Positions 38,940 through 47,127 of a DNA stretch of 47,127 nucleotides are shown here, piece after piece (the first letter of the stretch is position 1; each line of letters opens with the position of its first letter). A program made the position numbers and the translations under genes. The notes under the pieces were generated by a model. It saw nothing but the letters and a program-made list of their open reading frames with translations, was not told the DNA's origin and did no database searches. The stretch lies in assembly GCA_023645945.1 (NCBI GenBank), contig JALAIB010000023.1, forward strand, positions 1 through 47,127. Direction: 5' to 3'. The DNA comes from Diploschistes diacapsis. Lineage: Eukaryota.

Positions 38940-39900
38940 ATGGACTTCAGTAGTCCAATGCATCAGCCTACGGACAGCATCACGTCTGACGTTAACATAT
39001 TTGTTGGCCTCCCTGTCTCGCTGTCTTCCCTCCTGAATGGGTACAGTAATTATGGCGGGTAACATTACTGTTTGGCTCTGTGCACGCTTTGCTTATTGGA
39101 TATAGAGTACTGCATTACCCCCACAAGGACTTTGCGGGAAATCTGTAGGGAACAGAGCCACCATAAGCGACTACCTCACCTTCCAGAAGAGGTCCTGAGG
39201 ATTATTCAAACCTGCTTGGACAACGAGAACGAAGCCAAGGAAAACTACTCTTCAAAAGTAGTTGATCGAGGGGTAACGTTCGATTGGAAATCGTATTGGG
39301 ACCTTAATGACTACATAAAAAACGAGGTAAAGTGGTTTAACCGGCGATTTAACCCACTTTAGAGGCTGAAACCGCATCTAGGTATCTCCCTTTTTGAACG
39401 CCCATTTCTCGATTGCTTGCACGATTGGAGGACCTGTCCCGTACATCACCGATGCTCCACATTGCCGCTCTCTAGCCTGGATCTGCATTCCTTGGAACAT
39501 GGCTCCATGGCCACAGCACGGATTTGAGGCGTCGACATTATCGATCAACCCCACGTCTGGTTATGGATCGCGGGAGAAGCGCCATTGTGGTGGTTTCCGT
39601 ACTGTAGGAGTTATTGGGCGAGATAGGCGGTTTACGCCGGCCTTCGCCACGACAGATCAGACCTGCATCGTGGAGCAAGATCTGACTGTCACCTTGGAGA
39701 AGACGCTTGCGATCAACTCGGTCATGAAAAAGCTGGGACTACAGGTAATGACGACTTCGAAGGTGCCGTGGCTGCAAGCAGATTCCGGATGTCCCGATTT
39801 CGAGACGAAGGGCCCAGAATGGCCATATACCACTTCCGAAGAGCACGGAGTCTTGTACACGCCTCGGGTAGTTGTCACCAACGAAGTCATCGCGAGATAG
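38940..39900 (+). CDS. Hypothetical protein with an F-box-like LPxE motif, about 281 aa; join(38940..39045,39106..39326,39382..39900), or a pseudogene if the first intron is not real
   Basis: Intron 39327..39381 (GTAAAG..GCTGAA..TAG) joins two ORFs in phase 0. The in-frame TAA at 39060 is removed only by a weaker intron 39046..39105. Motif RLPHLPEEVLRIIQTCL. Confidence 0.5.
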
Positions 39901-40454
39901 CCTCGTAAGTAGCGGAAATCTCAAGCAAAACCTCCTTCGAGTCAGAATAGTATGAAACAGTACGAATAACTTTCACCGAACATGAGATCCCGCTCCTTGC
40001 TCGACCAAATCAAGATCCCATGGCATAGGTAGGTAAAAGGTGCTGGCTGATTATATCGTACGGAATAACAAAGCATTCGTCAAAGCATTGAGACCATGAT
40101 AAACAGATAGCTCGAGTGCACCCCCGTCCCATAAAACAGAGGACAGATGCAGTCTAGAGGCCCAGCCTAAAAGAATACATAAAAGCCTGGGTAGTGCCTC
40201 AGGTGGTTAAAAAGTGGTCGAAAGAAGACGTCAACAACACTTCAAGCCCTCGACTAAAAATAGGCGAATAGTTCGCAGGGCGTTTCAGGCTCCCATTCTC
40301 TCTCGAGCAGAGTGTCGCCTAGTACTGCAACGTTTTTTCAGAATTTAGTACTCTAATATAGGAGAGCGCGAAGCATGAGCAGTAAACCCCTAGATAACAA
40401 TCCGGAAGAACATGTCAAAAACCAGCCATTTCAAGAAAGCGAGAAGAAGAAGCT

Positions 40455-40635
40455 GGCAAGCTTTAATTCACATATATGGTCGGGTCGGGTCTGGGCACTT
40501 ACCGCAAGCAACGGGTCGCGAAAAGAACCCCAACCTCCCAACCCCCAGTACGGCAAAAAGAAGAAGAAGAAGAAGAAGAAGAAGAAGAAGAAGAAGAAGA
40601 AGAAGAAGAAGAAGAAGAAGAAGAAGAAGAAGAAG
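40455..40635 (+). mobile_element. Short retroposed insert (SINE or 5'-truncated LINE 3' end) with (AAG)n tail
   Basis: About 100 bp of unique sequence followed by (AAG)26. Flanked by the direct repeat AGAAGAAGAAGCT at 40442-40454 and 40625-40637. Confidence 0.55.
40558..40635. repeat. (AAG)26 perfect microsatellite
   Basis: 26 uninterrupted AAG units counted. Confidence 0.97.
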
Positions 40636-41391
40636 CTCATCCGTCAAACTGCGCAGCCCTGGAGGCCTGAATGAAGCACACCTCCTGGAAAAGGCCCAGT
40701 AGGTCGTGGCTAATCGAGCAGTGAGCGACCAGCCATACTTATTGCAACAGCATCGCGCTTTCCAGACCATGGGAAAATGCTTGCTTAAACTGCAGCTGCT
40801 ATCCCATCCATGTCACCAGAGTAACGGGGGTGCCAATGCGCCATGTCAGTCGTTGGGGGCCTTCGCGGCGCTCTGGCCTGGACAACATCATTCAGCAAAA
40901 AACAGCTTTTATATCAGCCCCCCTCCCCCGGTTTCTGCTAGCAAGTAAAAAATACAGGAGAAGCATAACAATATAAATGGGTCTGATCCGAGCCTTAGAG
41001 CCTCACTATGATAATAATAACCGTGTAATCTAATCTACACTCTGTATATAACCTGGCTGGTAAGCCTGGCTGGGCTCTTTTGACGAGACGAGTGCAATTG
41101 TCCGAGCGTGCTACTCCTCTACAGATGAATACCTACGATTTCCACCTTTGGTATTATTATGGGCTCACAAGTTGACGTACAGTAAATACCAATCCACGTG
41201 ATAATTAAACTAAACGACATAGAACTTTAAACGTTATACAAGGAAACTGTTATATAGAGAAATTATTACAGAACTTGTCTCTCAAATGTCGTAGTTTCCC
41301 CATAAATAAAATCTCGCCCGTGACAATTCCTCTGTTCAAGAGTTGGATAACTCCACAACAGCATAATCACACAGCGAGACCAGAGTCGCCG

Positions 41392-41877
41392 CTATTCATT
41401 CCTCGAGCTTGGAATCCAAAGGTCCAGACCTTGAATAATTCCAGCGCCTGCAAAGCTCCCCCCTCTAGCAGAAGTATCCGAAATGTTTTGCTTGACGTTC
41501 CGAACTTCTCCAGGAGTATTAATGAGTCCAGCCACAGCTCTACTGTTGTTGTCTGCTTTGGTATTATTGATTTCCTGCTCGATCCCATCATGAACATTCT
41601 TGGTTTTTAAGAGCGCTTCCTCGCAAGTTTTTCGAAAGACTTCGTTGGAGGCCTTCTGTTCCTGCATCTCCTCGAGCAGCTGTTCCAGATTCCGCTTCGA
41701 CTCTTCGTTGACCTCATCCCGAATACTAACTGAGAGCTGTTTGAGGGAGCTCTCTATTGCAGCTAACTCGCGATTTGCTCGAGCTTTCTCTTCATCAAGG
41801 CGTAATTCATTGTTCTTTCCGATGGCAACGGTAGTGATGCCTACCACCGAAGCAGTAATACTGAGTGGGTCGGTCAT
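41392..41877 (-). CDS. HeLo-like-family effector with two C-terminal amyloid-motif pseudo-repeats, 161 aa; apparently internally deleted
   Basis: The N-terminus MTDPLSITASVVGITTVAI is typical of fungal HeLo-like/STAND N-terminal domains, followed by a coiled-coil middle. Repeats QEINNTKADNNSRAVAG (aa101-117) and QNISDTSARGGSFAGAG (aa130-146), then LDLW. Confidence 0.75.
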   Translation of the reverse strand: MTDPLSITASVVGITTVAIGKNNELRLDEEKARANRELAAIESSLKQLSVSIRDEVNEESKRNLEQLLEEMQEQKASNEVFRKTCEEALLKTKNVHDGIEQEINNTKADNNSRAVAGLINTPGEVRNVKQNISDTSARGGSFAGAGIIQGLDLWIPSSRNE

Positions 41878-42193
41878 TTTCGAACTGGATTTTCTGAGCG
41901 GAAAATATATGCAGACGAAGACCTAGGCTGTCGGTGGACGTTGACCATTTTTGAATGCGTAGGCAATCGGTAGCCTTATACTACAAGAGGGCGGGGGGGA
42001 CTCAGCCACCGCCTCCGGCCCAGCTTGAGCTTGCGACATGCCTCGCAAGGAGGTGCAGATATCCAGCGGTTGCCTTGACTTCATAGCGAAAGCATCCCGA
42101 GTCGCATTACGAAGAGATTCACGCTGAAGGAATGAATTCTTCATAATCGCGAACTCGACAGATATAGCAGCGGCACTAGCAAGACAAGGACCA

Positions 42194-44912
42194 ATGTCGA
42201 GCGCTCCGCTACTCGACCAGCACATCAGCGGCACGTCCGCGACCGACGGCAGCATCGCACTTGCAGGTGACTTTCCAAATCTAACAAATGTGACTATTGG
42301 TACTCGCGAATGTTAATATACTAAACTCGTGTGTAGTCTTCAGAGGCTTATGACTGAATTTATATCTAGCATACCGCCCTCCGAAAGCCTCCTTCATAGG
42401 CCCCTTCCAGCGCGATACCCACTTTGTCGACCGCGGCGACCTCCTCTCACGAATCGACAAATTATGCTCACAACCAGCAGGTCGCGCAGCATTTGTTGGT
42501 CTGGGAGGCGTGGGGAAGTCCCGACTCGCCATCGAATATGCCTACCGCGTCCGAGAGCGGTCACCGGACACATGGGTGTTCTGGGTGCACGCAAGCAACG
42601 CAGCCCGTTTTGGGCAGAGCTATGGTGACATTGCAGACGCGGTCAAGATTCCGTGGCAGGAGAATCCGGAGGAAGACATGTTCAAACAGGTACACGACTG
42701 GCTACGCGGGCATCAGGGAAAGTGGCTGATTGTTCTCGACAACGTCGATGATGCCCGATACCTCCTGAAGGCTAAACCCAAGCGCCAGAGTCAAATCGCT
42801 GGACCAGATAACGGAGCTTCCAGATCGCTTTGGGAATGCATTCCAAAGAGCCCGAATGGTTCCCTTTTAATCACATCGCGGAGTAAAGAGGCAGCACTGG
42901 AGCTTGTCAAAGTAAACGAGACTATACCCGTCGAACCAATGAGCGAGGCACAGGCAACAGAGCTGTGTAAGAAGAAGCTGGGTTCGGAGGTGCCGCAGAT
43001 CGACGAAGATATCGCGAAGCTCGTGGTAGTACTTGAATTTATGCCACTGGCCATTGTTCAAGCAGCAGCGTATATCTTACAACTAGCACCGCTATGCTCG
43101 GTACGGGAATATACTCAGAAGTTTCAGAAGAGCGATCGGTCGAAGGCAAAACTGTTGGATTCCGATGGTGGCTATTTCCACAGCGACGGCGAGGTTAAGA
43201 AACCAATCTTAAGAACCTGGCAAATACCGTTCGAACACATCCTTCAAGCGAGGCCTTCTGCGGCAAACCTTTTATCTCTCATGAGTTTCTTTGATTCACA
43301 AGGAATTCCCGAGGCGTTGGTTCGAAATCGATCGCGAACAAATAAAGCCCGAGGCAACACCATCGACAAAGAATGTGATGAAGACAGCGATGACGAAAGT
43401 AGCGCGAGCGGCTCTGAGGACGATGAATTCAAAGTAGACATATCGACGCTGAGGAACTACTCGTTCGTATCAATCAGCAAAGACATTAGCGTCTTTGAAA
43501 TGCACAAGCTGGTCCAGCTGGCGACGCGAAAGTGGCTCGAAGCAAACAAGCAGCTTGAGGTATGGAAGCAGCAATACATCAAAATCCTCTACGAAGAATT
43601 CCCGACCGCGGAATACCAAAACTGGGCGAAATGCCAAAATCTTTTCGCGCACACACAGACGGTAGTCGCGCAACGACCTCAGAAAGAAGAATCACTTCTA
43701 CAGTGGGCTTCAATACTCTCTAAAGGAGGAGAGTATGCCTGGTATTTAGGCCACAGGAGCATTGCGGAGGAGATGGGGGTCAAGGCAATGAAGGCTAGGA
43801 AGAAACTGCTGGGGCAAGAGGAAAGAGAGACGCTGAGGAGCATGAGTCAAGTAGGACAGTTATATAATATAACAGGCCGACTGAAGGAAGCGGAAGAGCT
43901 GGAGGTGCAAGCCCTAGAGATCTCTCAGAGGGTGTTTAGTCAAGAAGATCCAGACACGCTGATCAGCATGGCCAGATTGGCTTGGATATATAGGAATCAG
44001 GGACGCTGAGAGAAGGCTGAAGAGCTGGAGATGCGGGTAATAGAAATAAGGAAAAGGACGTTAGACGAAGAACATCCTGATATGCTGAATAGCATGACTA
44101 ATCTAGCCGCGACATACTGGAATCAAGGACGTTGGAAGGAAGCGGAAGAGCTAGAAGTGCGGGCAATGGAGATAAGAAAGAGGGTGCGAGGTAAAGAGCA
44201 TCCTGATACGTTGATCAGCATAAACAATCTAGCTTCGATGTATTGGGAACAAGGGCGCTGGAAAGAAGCGGAAGAGCTACAAGTACAAGTAATGGAAATA
44301 ATGATAAAGGTGCAGGGCAAAGAGCAACCGGAAACGCTGACCAGCATAAATAATCTAGCCATAACATATAGGAGTCAAGGGCGCTGGAAAGAAGCAGACG
44401 AGCTATTAATGCAAGCAATGGAGATAATGAAGAAGGTGCTGGGCAAAGAACATCCTTATACGCTGACCAGCATGGCTAATCTGGCTTCGACATATAGGAA
44501 TCAGGGACGTTGGAAAGAAACGGAAGAGCTAGAAATACAAACGATGGAGATAAGAAAGAAGGTATTAGGCAAAGAGCATCCCGATACACTGACTAGTATA
44601 AACAATCTAGCTTGCACATACCGGATTCAAGGACGCTGGAAAGAAGCAGAAGAGCTATTAATACAAGCAATGGAAATAATGAAGAAGGTGCTGGGCAAAA
44701 AACATCCCCAAACGCTGAACAGCATGGTCAATTTTGCTTTCCTCTTGAAAGACCAAGGCGGAGCTACAGAAGCCATCTCATTGATAGAGAGATGCTTTCA
44801 GCTGCAGAAACAGGTCCTTGGTCCAGGGCATCACGCCACGGAGGCTTCGCTTAAAGCTCTACGTGAGTGGGAAGGCAAGGGAAAAGAACCTGATCAAAAA
44901 CTTTCTAGTTAG
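42194..44912 (+). pseudogene. Fungal NLR: N-terminal amyloid motif + NB-ARC + about 9 TPR repeats; join(42194..42299,42370..44912) with one in-frame TGA at 44007-44009
   Basis: Exon 1 MSSAPLLDQHISGTSATDGSIALAGDF.., then a 70-nt GT-AG intron. NB-ARC motifs: PFQRDTHFVDR, P-loop GLGGVGKS, WVFWVHAS, Walker B WLIVLDNVDD, LLITSR, FMPLAIVQAAAY, MHKLVQ. TPR units are 42 aa. The ORFs ending at 44009 and starting at 44031 share one frame. Confidence 0.9.
43749..44872 (+). repeat. 126-nt tandem array encoding TPR repeats (GRWKEAEEL...GKEHPDTLTS..NLA..Y..Q)
   Basis: Unit starts at 43749, 43875, 44001 and onward with exact 126-nt spacing. Confidence 0.9.
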
Positions 44913-45097
44913 CTTATCTGATAAATACTCGCATGTCCGTATGACCACTTGTGCCGAAAGTGCGACGATAACCCAACTCTCTCATCAATTTACTAATTGA
45001 TTAAACAGTAACAGCACGCGAAGCCCGCGCGAGCCTGGCTCGGACCAATTCAAGCTCCATCCCTCGTGCGCGGCAGTCTCATCTTCCACATCCTCCG

Positions 45098-46911
45098 CTA
45101 CCACATCCGCGCCTCTGGGGCGGCTCTCCATGGTTCTAGCGCAATTTCATCCTCCTCAACCTGCGCTTCGCTCATCCGCGCCAACTTTGGGCTTTGGCTC
45201 TGGCGCACTTTGCTTCTTCCGGACTCTTGCGCCTTCCGACCACGTTTTCTTTTGCCCGCGGTGACGACTTTCTTGGCCTCTTTCGCAGCCCCTTTCCCAG
45301 CACGCTCCGCTCGTGCCTTCTCAAGGTCCTCATAGCTCATCACCCTCGCCTTCCCTATTATCTCCGACTTGGTCGATCGGCGAATTTTGCCTTCGTCGTT
45401 AATCTTGGTCAAGAATTGATTTCGATCCTCAAGGAAAAGCACTTTTTGGCAAGGAATGCCTGGGCGGCAGTAATTACCTTCTGTTGGAGCCTCTCTTTGT
45501 GCTCTCTGCTCGTCTCATCATCAGAAACCTGGTTGATCATATTAAGTAGCGAGGTCAGAGCCTCTGCTGACATTGGCGTCCCAGGCGTTGCCAGTGCTTC
45601 GTATTGCGGACAAGACTCTTCCCTCACATCATCGGCTTTCGGAATGGTTAATTTCAGCGGGGGGCTTTGGCGTATCTGCGAGAACTCTTGAATGGAAACA
45701 AACCGCTACCTAGTAATTTGTAAGCCACTACAATGAATTAGGGTACAGCGCAGTAACTTTAGTCAAGTGGTCAGCCTTCAATTTACCTCTCCATCCTGCG
45801 AGAATGTTCTTCTTGGTGAGCCTTCTTTCCCTTGCAGGGCTGTATAGATGAGTGAAATGCTGCTTGCCGATTGTGTTGACACCTCCTCGCTCCATTCGTT
45901 CAACCCGTTCGCGATAGGCTGCTTTCAGTGGGCTAAATACTGCGACGTCACAGGGTTGGAGTTTGTGGGAGGTATGAAAAAGGCATACGGCATAGGATGA
46001 TGTTGTTTTCGAAACAAAATTCCAAGATCTCGAGAGGCTCGTGCGTTCCGAAACCGTCCCATATTAGTATCCGTGGTTTCTTGTTAGCCTGTTCTTTGGT
46101 TTAGGGATCAAACGCACGCTTAAGCCACTGCAGGCTGATAAAGGAGTTAGTAAATCTAACAACACGCATAGAGCCAGCCAGGGATAAGATACGTAGTTTA
46201 ATCATTTCTATAAATCGTAGCGGGCCAGATTACTACAAGTTTCAGACACTTTACCGTCGACGGAAATATATTCGATAGCAGTCACCATCGTTCGCTTGAC
46301 GCGCGCACCTCTATAGCGTCGTGTGTCTCATCCTTGCCTACAAGGACTTTGACGGAGTTAAACCATACTCAACATAATCCCCCCGTCTCGTCCCATATTA
46401 TAGACAATTCTCGGCCAGAAATGGCTGGGTTTTGTAGTTCCTTACCAACCACCTCAAACCAGTCGTGTGTGACCTTATCATAGATATTGTAACCGGCTCC
46501 AGTCCTGCGGCCGGGTTTTTTTTCTTTGCTATGAGCTCTGGACGGGCGTCTCTCTCGAGTGCCTTGGCCCAGTTCACACGCCTGGAGGCTTAAGAAGAGG
46601 TCCATCTGCTGGGAGGCCGCTGGCGGGTGGCACTGAACGCTGTTTGATGCTACATACTTCGTTCGCACGGGTTGTCCCAAGATCCCTTCATTTGTAACAA
46701 GAACCCCCCACCCACGGGCGTTCTCTTCGTCACCGGGTGAGGTACTTGTTGGCTCTGGGCCTTCTCTTCTTTCGACCGTCACCGTCGTCCGCGTGTGCGC
46801 GATGAAGAAGGGTAGAGAGAGCAACTTTGCCATGTTCTGCTCGGGGAAGCGAATGTATCAGGCACACCAGGTGGGAAGGTCTAGCGCCAGTGCCTGACTG
46901 GCTTTGTCCAT
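45098..46911 (-). mobile_element. Decayed pogo/Fot1-type (Tc1/mariner superfamily) DDE transposase
   Basis: Fragments across frames: MDKASQALA.., STLLHRAH, NIYDKVTH.WFEV.GKEL, DETG, KRTMVTAIE, LIWDGFGTH, HTSHKLQPCDVAVFSPLKAAY, NILAGW, ..GKARVMSYEDLEKARAER. Many frameshifts and stops. Confidence 0.88.
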
Positions 46912-46938
46912 GTTGGCTTACTATAGCGATGGATGATA

Positions 46939-47125
46939 ACGTATTCCACAAGTCATCCGCCCACACAAGTCATCCGCCCACTTTGTACCTCTCATACAAA
47001 AATACATGTGATGGTACTTAATTGTCGCTCTCCACGTGATTATCACGTACCATCACATGTATTTTTGTATGAGAGGTACAAAGTGGGCGGATGACTTGTG
47101 TGGGCGGATGACTTGTGGAATACGT
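46939..47125. mobile_element. pogo/Fot1-type MITE, 187 bp, with perfect 79-bp TIRs and TA TSD
   Basis: 46939..47017 is the exact reverse complement of 47047..47125. TA occurs at 46937-46938 and 47126-47127. Each TIR starts ACGT and holds two tandem 17-mers (CACAAGTCATCCGCCCA). Confidence 0.93.
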
Positions 47126-47127
47126 TA

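Noticed and set aside
40375..40770. ORFs with poly-K, poly-R, poly-E, poly-F and poly-L tracts
   Set aside because: All are readings of the (AAG)26 tract. There is no independent evidence of coding.
40960..41170. Possible solo-LTR fragment
   Set aside because: It has a TATA-like core and ends in CA, but I could identify no matching TG start, terminal inverted repeat or TSD.
46939..46980. Tandem 17-mers as a CRISPR-like array
   Set aside because: No spacers are present, the context is eukaryotic, and they are the internal direct repeats of a pogo-type TIR.

Overview
This is eukaryotic DNA from a filamentous ascomycete: short GT-AG introns with CTRAC branch sites, fungal gene families and RIP-like transitions. 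The left-centre (about 7-29 kb) is a gene-dense core block encoding a GH47/EDEM mannosidase, cytosolic PheRS alpha, an FMP42-like MFS transporter, mitochondrial ThrRS, a membrane coiled-coil protein, a BCS1-like AAA ATPase, a zeta-crystallin oxidoreductase and an F-box protein. It also holds an intronless gene whose motifs resemble MavL/Larg1-type (DUF4804) macrodomains, and a 220-bp hAT-type MITE. The flanks are accessory: a small secreted Cys-rich protein, several pseudogenes, a Clr5-domain gene with a decayed paralog, a short retroposed insert with an (AAG)n tail, a decayed pogo/Fot1 transposase and a perfect 187-bp MITE at the window end. The highlight is a head-to-head pair at 41.4-44.9 kb. 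An NB-ARC/TPR NLR carries one N-terminal motif (R0) that matches two C-terminal pseudo-repeats (R1, R2) of the adjacent HeLo-like-family gene. Eight positions are invariant and fall in the register of the HET-s amyloid beta-solenoid, pointing to an NWD2/HET-S-type amyloid signalling cell-death module. Both partners look damaged in this strain. Gene models were built by eye and family calls come from motif recognition, not database searches.
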